From Eledone cirrhosa (Eukaryota): DNA of 64,000 nucleotides. The notes beneath the pieces were generated by a model. That model had not been told where the DNA came from. It was given only the letters and a program-made list of their open reading frames with translations, and did no database searches. The stretch is taken from NCBI GenBank assembly GCA_964016885.1, contig OZ024760.1, positions 31,124,001 through 31,188,000 of the forward strand, written 5' to 3'. Made by a program: the position numbers and the translations under genes. Below are positions 11,524-24,167 of this stretch, in pieces; the first letter of the stretch is position 1, and every line of letters begins with the position of its first letter.

Positions 11524-14339
11524 GCCCGTGGTGGAAGTCTTCATGAGGGGGAAGCCACAGCGAGCCCTCGTGGACACGGGCTGTACGACGACACTGGTGA
11601 CCGCGGGGGTGGCGCAGAGGTGGGGAGGGAAGAGCAGTGTAAGGGCAGTCGACGGCAGGAAAATCGAATGCCGAGGTCGCAGCGAGGTGGAAATAGCGTT
11701 ACGGGGAAGGAAGATAAAGCTTTCGGCCATCGTAGTAGACAGTGTGGTGGATGGGATCGGCGTGTTTATGGGCATGGACGCGATTGGCCGTTTAGGAGGC
11801 GTCACGGTGGACAACCTCAGTGTGCCGTTTGGCGCCGCTGCATCGGCATGCGCAGTGAGTGCACGTCATGAGAACCAGAAGGCCCACGAGGAGGAATACC
11901 CCGCTTACACTGTGCAGGACAAAGACTTCAAGGCCATGTTTGATGGGCAGCGATGGGTTGTTGAGTGGTACTGGAAGGGAGAACCACCAACACTGAAGAC
12001 CAAAGTGGGCTGCTATCAACATACTTTGAAGGGAAACGTTAGGAGCAAGTTCGAGCGAGAGGTAGAGAGATGGATCGAAGGGGGCATACTGCTTCCCTGG
12101 AAGGAGGAGGTGAAGTGCGGAGTATTGCCGTTAATGGCGGTGGTGCAACCCACGAAGAGCAAGGTGAGGCCGGTGCTGGACTATCGGGAGCTGAACGAAC
12201 ACGTGTCATGCCACACGAGTGGCGAGGTCACGGATATCTGCGGGGAAACCCTGCGTGAGTGGAGACGCATGACGGGGGGTTCAGCGATCGTAGACTTAAA
12301 GTCGGCTTACTTGCAGTTGCATATAGCTGAGAAGCTCTGGCGGTATCAGCTGGTCAGGTATAAGGGCCGGACATATTGCCTGACCAGGCTCGGTTTCGGG
12401 CTGAGCTCCACACCGAAGATCATGGCGGGAGTCTTCAAGACCGTTCTGGGAAAGGCTGACAAGATAAAGAGGGCTACTAACTCCTACATTGACGACATCT
12501 TAGTGGACGAGTCGGTGGTGTCGGCGGCGGAGGTCACGAGCCATTTACAGAGGTCCGGACTGACTGCGAAGCCGTCAGAAGCATTGGAGGGAGGAGCCGC
12601 GCTGGGACTTAGGCTACGGCGAGACAGGACGGACGTTTTGGTATTCCGGAGGGGAAACGAAGTTCCGGAACTGGGCCAAAGTATGAGTAGGCGGGAGCTT
12701 TTCTCGGTGTGCGGAAAGCTGGTGGGTCACTACCCGATCGCTGGGTGGCTCCGGACGGCATGCAGCTATGTCAAGAGACGAGCGGGAGGAGTGACTTGGA
12801 GTGACAGAGTGGGAGAGAGGATGGTGGCCATGATGCAGGAGATCGTGGGAAGGGTGAAGGCCGACGACCCAGTGCGGGGACGCTGGTATGTTCCCAAATC
12901 ACAGAGCGGGACCGTGTGGTGCGATGCCAGCAGCATAGCGCTGGGCGTCACGTTGGAGATAGGAGGTGTTGAGGTCGAGGATGCAGCCTGGCTTAGAAAG
13001 AAGGACGACTGCAATCACATCAATGTGGCCGAACTGGACGCGGTGTTGAGAGGAGTGAACCTCGCCCTGCGGTGGGGGCTGCACACCATCGAGATACACA
13101 CCGACTCGGCTACTGTTCTCGGATGGGTAAGATCAGTGCTCACCAGTGAGAAGAGAGTGCGAACGAGAGGTGCGGCGGAGATGCTGATAAAGCGCCGCCT
13201 GGGAACTTTAGGAGAGCTGGCCACCGAGTTCGACCTGAGGCTGAGCGTAGTTTTCGTTCCCTCAGAGAAAAACAGGGCGGACATATTAACTAGGGTGAAG
13301 AAAGCCTGGATGGAAGCGCCAGAGGAGGTAGAGGATGAGATAGCTGCTGTGTGTCGGCTGACCGAGTCGGATCTGAAGGGGTTGCATGACATGCACCACA
13401 TGGGGGTGGGTAGGAGCCTGTTCCTAGCCAGGAGAATCGACCCGGACGTTAGCAGACACAGTGTTCAGGGAGTGGTTAGAGGCTGTGTCCGATGCCAGTC
13501 CATTGATCCCGCCCCGGGTGTACACGAAACGGGAGGCCTCCCGGTGGATCGCGACTGGAAGCGATTAGCGGTGGATGTGACGCACTACCGGCAGGGAACG
13601 TAGCTCTCGATGGTCGACTGTGGACCAGGTCGAATGGCGATATGGAGGGAGATGAGGACTGGAACGGCCGAGGAAATCGTGCGGACGTTGAGAGAGGTGT
13701 TCTTGGAGCAGGGCCCTGTGGACGAACTGCTGATGGACAACGGCGCAGCGTTCCGCTCGGAGGCACTGAGGGAGATGCTCGATGGATGGAAGGTGAACCG
13801 TTTCTTCATAGCGGCGCACAAGCCGAGTGGGAATGGAATCGTGGAGCGACACCACCGGACGATCAAGGCAATGGCGGAGCGGGGCCATGTCTCACCAATG
13901 GAGGCAGTGTTCTGGTACAACATGTCCCCTCGGGTTGGACAGGTCGAGGAATCGGTGCCACACAGCAGTATTCAAATACGAGTGGAGGCACCCGTGCACG
14001 CCACCACAACAGCCAGTGTGGAAAGAGAGCGCATTCGTGCAGGTGGACGAAGAAATCTGGGTTAAGACCCCAGATGCACGTTGCACATCTCAATGGGGAA
14101 GGGGAACGGTGACGGCCGTAAATTCAAAGAATAATGTGTCCGTGGACGGGGTACCACGTCATGTCCTGGATGTAAGAAGAGTCACTGTGTCGACGGACTC
14201 CGAGGAAGAGGAAATCCAAGATCAGGTGGAAACTCAGAGCCCTGCCCCAATACTACGGAGATCGCAACGATGTCGTAGACCACCGACCTGGACAGCAGAC
14301 TTCCACATGCAGAGAGACGAGGAGGAAATTGATCCTTGA
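11465..14339 (+). pseudogene. pol: Pol polyprotein (protease, RT, RNase H, integrase) with a premature stop at 13601-13603 and a frameshift near 13965
   Basis: LVDTG protease; RPVLDYRELN and YIDD RT; WCDAS...HINVAELDAV...TDS RNase H; HDMHH...CVRC and AVD/MDNG/IVERHHR integrase, spread over ORFs 11528-13603, 13610-14065 and 13827-14339. Confidence 0.92.
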
Positions 14340-15415
14340 GATCAGGGGGAAGTGTGGGTATGGTGTGGCGTGCGGTGGCTGCAGGTGCCTAGTGGTGCCT
14401 AGCAACGGGGCGAACGCCAGTTTGGGCAGTGTCTACCAACGGGGTGAACGCAAGTTTGGGCAGTACCTAGCGTAGTACCTAGCAACGGCGTAAACGCCAG
14501 TTTGGGATCTCCCGGTGCTAGGCAGTCGGAAGCAGGCAGGCGAGGAGTAAGGAGCAGGACGATAGCAGCGCTAGTGAAAAGAGCAAAACGATATGGGACT
14601 GTTGATACGAGGATAGAGACGGCCAACCGAGGAAGATGGACGTACACGAAATGGTCTTCAAACTACCGTGCAGTGGAGATTGAGCGGCACCTTTGAAATG
14701 CGGTAAGTGAGATAGATTTTTCCAACCACATCCTCGTTGGATTAAATATCGATATAGATGTGAGGGAAGGTCCCTCGATCTATTTACCATCTTGCTATTT
14801 ACAATATTCCTTTCGTCAGGTCGCCAATTCCAGCAGCATGGATTATAGATGTTATTGAGACACGAGTAACATAATAATGATTTCAACAGCAGAAATTAGA
14901 GATGAAATGTATGTTTATTTTTGGTGTAGCACAAACAATGTTTGTTAACTTATATGGTTGAAGTTACATCTAAAAAGAGGTTACAAAAGGGAATGTGCCA
15001 TTGCGCCGGAAAGCCGGCGAGGCTAGGGTGCAAAATCTCACCGTTACATTATGCGTGTTGCTGGTTCGAATTTCCTGGTACAAGAGAGAGATTCTTCAAA
15101 TCTTCGCGGGGAATTTCTTCCTCAGGGCGCGTAGGGATACATCCTCTTCTACTGGCGCTGATTGGCTGAACTGAGCCAAATCACGCACAGAGAATGTAGT
15201 TGGTATAGAGATGTAGTTGTTATAGATATAGTGTTGGTATAGAGATAGTGTTGGCATAGAGATATAGTTGGTATAGAGACGGTGTTGGTGTAGAGAAAGT
15301 GTTGGTATAGAGATGTAGTTGGTATAGAGATGTAGTTGGTATAGAGATGTAGTTGGTATAGAGATGTAGTTGGTATAGAGATGTAGTTGGTATAGAGATG
15401 GTGTTGGTATAGAGA

Positions 15416-15925
15416 TGTGTAGCTCTCTCTAGAGAAGGGAAGTAGCTGGAGTTCTTCCCGTTGAAATTCCAGAACCTTCTTTGTAACTTCCGTCCGGGGA
15501 ACTATAAAGAAGATAGCTCACAGCTATCTTTTTCTTTTTCATCTTTTGGCTGCCTGGCCTAGTAAGGCCAGGCATAGTTACGCCAAAGTTATACTCTCTT
15601 TCTGACGGTTTCTTCTCAAGCAGACAACACCGAGCACAAGGATGTTAACTTTTTTCTAGCCCCCTATTATGGATCTGGACTATACCTAATTATGTACGAG
15701 AATATTTGTTTACAACAATTGTAACATGAAACTACAATAAACGAGAATTTATATTTGTTACTCGCGTTGAGAAAATGCTTACCTTTTTATTATTACCTCA
15801 TGTAGTGAGGGTTAAGCCTCATTCAACGTGGTGTTGTATAAAATCTCTTATACTTTTCTTTATAAAATTTAGTAGTTAGATTCCGGTGGTATTTACTGGA
15901 GTAAATAACCCTGTGTCTAGCAACA
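15416..15925 (+). mobile_element. Solo LTR family C, copy 1 (~510 bp)
   Basis: TGTGTAG...CTAGCAACA termini, TATAAA box and AATAAA; three near-identical copies in the array. Confidence 0.75.
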
Positions 15926-17546
15926 CTAAAGATGTAGTTGGTATAGAGATAGTGTTGTTATAGAGATGTAGTTGGTATAGAGATAGTGTTGTGATAGCGA
16001 TGTAGTTGGTATAGAGATAGTGTTGTTATAGAGATGTAGTTGGTATAGAGATAGTGTTGTTGGCATAGAGATGTAGTTGGCATAGAGATGTAGTTGGCAT
16101 AGAGATGTAGTTGGCATAGAGATGTAGTTGGTATAGTGATGTAGTTGGTATAGAGATGTAGTTGGTATAGAGATGTAGTTGGTATAGAGATGGTGTTGGT
16201 ATAGAGATGTAGTTGGTATATGGATAGTGCTTTTATAGAGATGTAGTTTGTATAGAGATATAGTTGGTATAGAGATGGTGTAGGTATAGAGATAGTGTTG
16301 GTATAGAGATGTAGTTGGTATAGAGATGTAGTTGGTATAAACAGTCTTGTTATAGAGATGTAGTTGGTATAGAGATAGTGTTGGTATAGAGATAGTGTTG
16401 CTATAGAGATAGTGTATTTATAGAGATGTAGTTGGTATAGAGATAGTGTTGTTATAGAGATGTAGTTGGTATAGAGATAGTGCTGTTATAGAGATGTAGT
16501 TTGTATAGAGATATAGTTGTTATAGAGATGTAGTTGGTATAGAGATGTAGTTGTTATAGATATAGTGTTGGTATAGAGATGTAGTTGTTATAGATATAGT
16601 GTTGGTATAGAGATGTAGTTGGTATAGAGATAGTGTTGGTATAGAGATATATTTGGTATAGAGACGGTGTTGGTATAGAGATGTAGTTGGTATAGAGATG
16701 TAGTTGGTATAGAGATGTAGTTGGTATAGAGACGGTGTTGGTATAGATATAGTGTTGGTATAGATATAGTGTTGGTATAGAGATAGTGTTGGTATAGAGA
16801 TAGTGTTGGTATAGAGATAGTGTTGGTATAGAGATAGTGTTGGTATAGAGATAGTGTTGGTATAGAGATGTAGTTGGTATAGAGATGTAGTTGGTATAGA
16901 GATGTAGTTGGTATAGAGATGTAGTTGGTATAGAGATGTAGTTGGTATAGAGATGTAGTTGGTATAGAGATGTAGTCGGTATAGCTATGTAGTTGGTATT
17001 GAGATAGTGTTGTTATAGAGATGTAGTTGGTATAGAGATGTAGTTGGTATAGAGACGGTGTTGGTATAGATATAGTGTTGGTACAGAGATAGTGTTGGTA
17101 TAGAGATAGTGTTAGTATAGAGATAGTGTTGGTATAGAGATAGTGTTGGTATAGAGATAGTGTTGGTATAGAGATAGTGTTGGTATAGAGATGTAGTTGG
17201 TAGAGATGTAGTTGATATAGAGATGTAGTTGGTATAGAGATGTAGTTGGTATAGAGTAGTAGTTGGTATAGAGTAGTAGTTGGTATAGAGATGTAGTTGG
17301 TATAGAGATGTAGTTGGTATAGAGATGTAGTTGGTATAGAGATGTAGTTGGTATAGAGATGTAGTTGGTATAGAGATGTAGTTGGTATAGCCATGTAGTT
17401 GGTATTGAGATAGTGTTGTTATAGAGATGTAGTTGGTATAGAGATGTAGTTGGTATAGAGATAGTGTTAGTATAGAGATAGTGTTGTTATAGAGATAGTG
17501 TTGTTATAGAGATAGTGTTGGTATAGAGATATAGTCGGTATAGAGA

Positions 17547-18056
17547 TGTGTAGCTCTCTCTAGACAAGGGAAGTAGCTGGAGTTCTTCCCGTTGAAATTC
17601 CAGAACCTTCTTTGTAACTTCCGTCCAGGGAACTATAAAGAAGATAGCTCTCGGCTATCTTTTTCTTTTTCATCTTTTGGCTGCCTGGGCTAGTAAGGCC
17701 AGGCATAGTTACGCCAAAGTTATACTCTCTTTCTGACGGTTTCTTCTCAAGCAGACAACACCAAGCACAAGGATGTTAACTTTTTTCTAGCCACCTATTA
17801 TGGATCTGGACTATACCTAATTATGTACGAGAATATTTGTTTACAACAATTGTAACATGAAACTACAATAAACGAGAATTTATATTTGTTACTCGCGTTG
17901 AGAAAATGCTTACCTTTTTATTATTACCTCATGTAGTGAGGGTTAACCCTCATTCAACATGGTGTTGTATAAAATCTCTTATACTTTTCTATATAAAATT
18001 TAGTAGTTAGATTCCGGTGGTATTTACTGGAGTAAATAACCCTGGGTCTAGCAACA
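17547..18056 (+). mobile_element. Solo LTR family C, copy 2
   Basis: Near-identical to 15416-15925, with the same satellite junctions. Confidence 0.75.
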
Positions 18057-19008
18057 CTAAAGATGTAGTTGGTATAGAGATAGTGTTGTTATAGAGATGT
18101 AGTTGGTATAGAGATAGTGTTGTTATAGAGATGTAGTTGGTATAGAGATAGTGTTGTTATAGAGATGTAGTTGGTATAGAGATAGTGCTGTTATAGAGAT
18201 GTAGTTTGTATAGAGATATAGTTGGTATAGAGATGGTGTAGGTATAGAGATAGTGTTGGTATAGAGATGTAGTTGGTATAGCTATGTAGTTGGTATAAAC
18301 AGTCTTGTTATAGAGATGTAGTTGGTATAGTGATAGTGTTGGTATAGAGATAGTGTTGCTATAGAGATAGTGTTGCTATAGAGATAGTGTTGGTATAGAG
18401 ATAGTGTTGGTATAGAGATAGTGTTGGTATAGAGATGTAGTTGGTAGAGAGATGTAGTTGGTAGAGAGATAGTGTTGTTATAGAGATGTAGTTGGTATAG
18501 AGATAGTGTTGTTATAGAGATGTAGTTGGTATAGAGATAGTGCTGTTATAGAGATGTAGTTTGTATAGAGATATAGTTGGTATAGAGATGGTGTAGGTAT
18601 AGAGATAGTGTTGGTATAGAGATGTAGTTGGTATAGCTATGTAGTTGGTATAAACAGTCTTGTTATAGAGATGTAGTTGGTATAGTGATAGTGTTGGTAT
18701 AGAGATAGTGTTGCTATAGAGATAGTGTTGCTATAGAGATAGTGTTGGTATAGAGATAGTGTTGGTATAGAGATAGTGTTGGTATAGAGATGTAGTTGGT
18801 AGAGAGATGTAGTTGGTAGAGAGATGTAGTTGGTAGAGAGATGTAGTTGGTATAGAGATAGTGTAGTTATAGAGATGTAGTTGGTATAGAGATAGTGTTG
18901 TTATAGAGATGTAGTTTGTATAGAGATATAGTTGGTATAGAGATGGTGTATGTATAGAGATAGTGTTGGTATAGAGATGTAGTTGGTATAGCTATGTAGT
19001 TGGTATAA

Positions 19009-20462
19009 GCAGGCAATAACGGAGGAGTTTAAGACCGGATGCCCATGGGAACTCCTGTATGCTGATGACCTCGCACTCATAGCTGAATCTATGGTAGAAC
19101 TAGAGAATAAATTCCAAACCTGGAAGCAGGGACTAGAGAGAAAGGGCCTCAAAGTCAACATGACAAAGACTAAGGTCCTTATAAGTAGACGAGAAAACAG
19201 AACCCAGATCCCCTCAGGGAAATGGCCTTGCTCAGTATGTAGGAAAGGTGTAGGTAGGAACTCCATTCTTTGCCCCAAATGCAAACAATGGGTACACAAG
19301 AGATGTAGCGGGATCTCAGGAAGCTTAATTAAGAATGTAGGATTCACATGCAGCAGCTGTGCTGAAACAGCAAGCAAACAGCCACAGGAAACAAGTACCA
19401 CCAATCTCTGGGAGGGCCCTGTAGAAACAGTAGACAGCTTCTGCTACCTAGGTGACCGAATTAGCAACGGAGGTGGGTGCTCAGAAAGTACAATAACTAG
19501 GGTAAGAACGGGATGGAAGAAGTTTAGGGAACTACTACCACTGCTAGCTGCAAAAGGCTTCTCCCTCAGAATGAAAGGCAGACTGTATGATGCGTGTATC
19601 CGAACAGCGATGTTGCATGGTAGTGAGACCTGGGCGCTGAAGGTGGAAGACTTACGTAGATTAGAGAGAAACGAAGCCTGCATGCTCCGATGGATGTGTA
19701 ACAGTAATATACGTGAACGACAAAGCATAAATGAATTGAGAGAGAGACTGAGCATAAGAGGAATCAAATGCTGCGTGCAGGAGAGGCGGTTACGCTGGTA
19801 TGGACATGTGATGCGTATGAAGGATGACAGCTGCATAAAAAGGTGCAGAGCACTAGAAGTTGATGGAAACCGCGGAGTGGGGAGACCCAAGATGACTTGG
19901 GATGAGGTGATAAAAGCCGACCTTACCCAACTACACCTCTCAAAGTCAATGACACACGACCGTGACTTCTGGCGTCACGCAGTAATACAGGGTACCCGAC
20001 CTCCCATGGGTACATGCTGAAGCATATAAACAATATGCCCCCCCCCCCCCCACCGCAAGGTGGTCGTGGAGGTGCCACGGCAAAAAAGCACCCAGCCCAC
20101 ACTGTAAAGTGGACGTGTAGGCGCCACGAAAAAGCACCCAGCACTCACTGTAAATGAGGTTGGTGTTAGGAAGGGCATCCAGCTGTAGAAATCAAGCCAG
20201 ATCGTGGAGGTGCCACGGCAAAAAAGCACCCAGCCCACACTGTAAAGTGGACGTGTAGGCGCCACGAAAAAGCACCCAGCACTCACTGTAAATGAGGTTG
20301 GTGTTAGGAAGGGCATCCAGCTGTAGAAATCAAGCCAGATCAGTTCCTGTATGAGCAAGGCATGGTCAGCCGACCAGACACTGCCCACAACAGGACAACC
20401 CGTCTAACCCATGCTAGCGTGGAAGAACGGACGTAAAACGGTGATGATGATGATGATGATGA
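19009..20462 (+). mobile_element. 5'-truncated RTE-clade LINE (RT C-terminus with PHD-like finger, 3' UTR with a ~138-bp duplication, (TGA)n tail)
   Basis: ELLYADDL upstream of ORF 19091-20020; MLHGSETW, RLRWYGHVMR and GRPKMTW motifs; (GAT)n tail. Confidence 0.93.
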
Positions 20463-22496
20463 GTCTTGTTATAGAGATGTAGTTGGTATAGTGATAGTGT
20501 TGGTATAGAGATAGTGTTGCTATAGAGATAGTGTTGCTATAGAGATAGTGTTGGTATAGAGATAGTGTTGGTATAGAGATAGTGTTGGTAGAGAGATGTA
20601 GTTGGTAGAGAGATGTAGTTGGTATAGAGATAGTGTAGTTATAGAGATGTAGTTGGTATAGAGATAGTGTTGTTATAGAGATGTAGTTGGTATAGAGATA
20701 ATGCTGTTATAGAGATGTAGTTTGTATAGAGATATAGTTGGTATAGAGATGGTGTTGGTATAGAGATAGTGTTGGTATAGAGATAGTGTTGGTATAGAGA
20801 TAGTGTTGGTATAAAGATAGTGTTGGTATAGAGATGTAGTTGGTATAGAGATAGTGTTGTTATAGAGATAGTGTGGTTATAGAGATAGTGTGGTTATAGA
20901 GATAGTGTGGTTATAGAGATAGTGCTGTTGTAGAGATAGTGTTCTTATAGAGATAGCGTTGTTATAGAGATAGTGCTGTTATAGAGATAGTGTTGTTATA
21001 GACATGTAGTTGGTATAGAAATGTAGTTGTTATAGATATAGTGTTGGTATAGAGATAGTGTTGGTATAGATATAGTGTTGTTATAGAGATAGTGTTGGTA
21101 TAGATATAGTGTTGTTATAGAGATGTAGTTGGTATAGAGATGTAGTTGGCATAGAGATGTAGTTGGCATAGAGATGTAGTTGGTATAGTGATGTAGTTGG
21201 TATAGAGATGTAGTTGGTATAGAGATGTAGTTGGTATAGAGATGGTGTTGGTATAGAGATGGTGTTGGTATAGAGATGTAGTTGGTATTGAGATGTAGTT
21301 AGTATGGAGATAGTGTTGTTATAGAGACAGTGTTGTGATAGAGATAGTGTTGTTATAGAGATAGTGTTGTTATAGAGATAGTGTTGTTATAGAGATGTAG
21401 TTGGTATAGAGATGTAGTTGGTATAGATATAGTGTTGTTATAGAGATGTAGTTGGTATAGAGATAGCGTTGTTATAGAGATGTAGTTGGTATAAAGATGC
21501 AGTTGGTATAGAAATAGTGTTGTCATAGAGATGTAGTTGGTATAGAGATGTAGTTGGTATAGAGATGTAGTTGGTATAGAGATGTAGTTGGTATAGAGAT
21601 GTAGTTGATATAGAGATGTAGTCGGTATAGCTATGTAGTTGGTATTGAGATAGTGTTGTTATAGAGATGTAGTTGGTATAGAGATGTAGTTGGTATAGAG
21701 ATAGTGTTAGTATAGAGATAGTGTTAGTATAGAGATAGTGTTGTTATAGAGATAGTGTTGGTATAAAGATAGTGTTGGTATAAAGATAGTGTTGGTATAG
21801 AAATAGTGTTGGTATAGAGATAGTGTTGGTATAGAGATGTAGTTGGTAGAGATGTAGTTGATATAGAGATGTAGTTGGTATAGAGATGTAGTTGGTATAG
21901 AGATGTAGTTGGTATAGAGATGTAGTTGGTATAGAGATGTAGTTGGTATAGAGATGTAGTTGGTATAGAGATGTAGTCGGTATAGCTATGTAGTTGGTAT
22001 TGAGATAGTGTTGTTATAGAGATGTAGTTGGTATAGAGATGTAGTTGGTATAGAGATGTAGTTGGTATAGAGATGTAGTTGGTATAGAGATGTAGTTGGT
22101 ATAGAGATAGTGTTAGTATAGAGATAGTGTTAGTATAGAGATAGTGTTGGTATAGAGATAGTGTTGGTATAGAGATAGTGTTGGTATAGAGATAGTGTTG
22201 GTATAGAGATAGTGTTGGTATAGAGATGTAGTTGGTATAGAGATGTAGTTGGTAGAGATGTAGTTGATATAGAGATGTAGTTGGTATAGAGATGTAGTTT
22301 GTATAGAGATGTAGTTGGTATAGAGATGTAGTTGGTATAGAGATGTAGTTGGTATAGAGATGTAGTTGGTATAGAGTAGTAGTTGGTATAGAGTAGTAGT
22401 TGGTATAGAGATAGTGTTAGTATAGAGATAGTGTTAGTATAGAGATAGTGTTGTTATAGAGATAGTGTTGGTATAGAGATATAGTCGGAATAGAGA

Positions 22497-23006
22497 TGTG
22501 TAGCTCTCTCTAGACAAGGGAAGTAGCTGGAGTTCTTCACGTTGAAATTCCAGAACCTTCTTTGTAACTTCCGTCCAGGGAACTATAAAGAAGATAGCTC
22601 TCAGCTATCTTTTTCTTTTTCATCTTTTGGCTGCCTGGGCTAGTAAGGCCAGGCATAGTTACGCCAAAGTTATACTCTCTTTCTGACGGTTTCTTCTCAA
22701 GCAGACAACACCGAGCACAAGGATGTTAACTTTTTTCTAGCCACCTATTATGGATCTGGACTATACCTAATTATGTACGAGAATATTTGTTTACAACAAT
22801 TGTAACATGAAACTACAATAAACGAGAATTTATATTTGTTACTCGCGTTGAGAAAATGCTTACCTTTTTATTATTACCTCATGTAGTGAGGGTTAACCCT
22901 CATTCGACGTGGTGTTGTATAAAATCTCTTATACTTTTCTTTATAAAATTTAGTAGTTAGATTCCGGTGGTATTTACTGGAGTAAATAACCCTGGGTCTA
23001 GCAACA
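22497..23006 (+). mobile_element. Solo LTR family C, copy 3
   Basis: Shares diagnostic variants and the upstream ATAGTCGG flank with copy 2. Confidence 0.75.
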
Positions 23007-24167
23007 CTAAATATGTAGTTGGTATAGAGATAGTGTTGTTATAGAGATGTAGTTGGTATAGAGATAGTGTTGTTATAGAGATGTAGTTGGTATAGAGATG
23101 TAGTTGGTATAGAGATAGTGTTGTTATAGAGATGTAGTTGTTATAGAGATGTAGTTGTTATAGAGATGTAGTTGTTATAGAGATGTAGTTGGTATAGAGA
23201 TGTAGTTGGTATAGAGATGGTGGAGGTATAGAGATAGTGTTGGTATAGAGATGTAGTTGGTATAGAGATGTAGTTGGTATAGCTATGTAGTTGGTATAAA
23301 CAGTCTTGTTATAGAGATGTAGTTGGTATAGTGATAGTGTTGGTATAGAGATAGTGTTGCTATAGAGATAGTGTTGGTATAGAGATAGTGTTGGTATAGA
23401 GATAGTGTTGGTATAGAGATAGTGTTGGTATAGAGATAGTGTTGGTATAGAGATAGACTTGGTATAGAGATAGACTTGGTATAGAGATAGTCTTGGTATA
23501 GAGATAGTGTTGGTATAGAGAGAGTGTTGTTAGAGAGATGTAGTTGGTAGAGAGATGTAGTTGGTATAGAGATGTAGTTGGTATAGAGATAGTGTAGGTA
23601 TAGAGATGTAGTTGGTATAGAGATAGTGTTGTTATAGAGATGTAGTTGGTATAGAGATAGTGTTGTTATAGAGATGTAGTTGGTATAGAGATAGTGTTGT
23701 TATAGAGATGTAGTTGGTATAGAGATAGTGTTGTTATAGAGATGTAGTTGGTATAGAGATCGTGCTGTTATAGAGATGTAGTTTGTATAGAGATATAGTT
23801 GGTATAGAGATAGTGTTGGTATAGAGATAGTGTTGGTATAGAGATAGTGTTGGTATAGAGAGAGTGTTGTTAGAGAGATATAGTTGGTAGAGAGATGTAG
23901 TTGGTATAGCTATGTAGTTGGTATTGAGATAGTGTTGTTATAGAGATGTAGTTGGTATAGAGATGTAGTTGGTATAGAGATGTAGTTGGTATAGAGATGT
24001 AGTTGGTATAGAGATCTAGTTGGTATAGAGATAGTGTTGTTATAGAGATAGTGTTGTTATAGAGATAGTGTTGTTATAGAGATAGTGTGGTTATAGAGAT
24101 AGTGTGGTAATAGAGATAGTGCTGTTGTAGAGATAGTGTTCTTATAGAGATAGTGTTGTTATAGACA

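Larger units (their letters stand above)
10241..14730 (+). mobile_element. Full-length Ty3/Gypsy-type LTR retrotransposon (~4.5 kb) with 5-bp TSD TCCTC
   Basis: TG...CA LTRs at 10241-10622 and 14353-14730 (about a dozen substitutions plus one 4-bp indel by eye). TSD at 10236-10240 and 14731-14735; PPT AGGGGGAAG before the 3' LTR; domain order gag, PR-RT-RH-IN. Confidence 0.96.
10129..15198 (-). mobile_element. LTR family B, right (inverted) arm with tRNA-Trp PBS (10129-10146), split by the Gypsy insertion
   Basis: 10147-10240 and 14731-15198 are contiguous once the Gypsy element and one TCCTC are removed. Minus strand reads LTR-TGGTGACCCCAACGTGAT. Confidence 0.75.
1820..24167 (+). repeat. 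17-bp satellite array (GTATAGAGATGTAGTTG, main variant GTATAGAGATAGTGTTG), ~22 kb including insertions
   Basis: Directly visible tandem 17-mers; the spurious ORFs show a 17-aa period (YTNYISIPTTSLYQLHL). Interrupted at 3537-4925, 9577-15198, 15416-15925, 17547-18056, 19009-20462 and 22497-23006. Confidence 0.97.

Noticed and set aside
10795-14647. Numerous overlapping antisense and alternate-frame ORFs in the Gypsy element
   Set aside because: By-products of GC-rich coding sequence with no recognisable motifs.
2833-17394. ORFs with 17-aa periodic YTNYISIPTTSLYQLHL repeats, including an apparent protease-repeat fusion at 2833-3603
   Set aside because: Translations of the 17-bp satellite; the fusion is simply the deletion junction of the truncated Gypsy element.
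1820-24167. CRISPR-like or telomeric interpretation of the array
   Set aside because: No unique spacers, no cas genes, eukaryotic context, and no TTAGGG-type unit.
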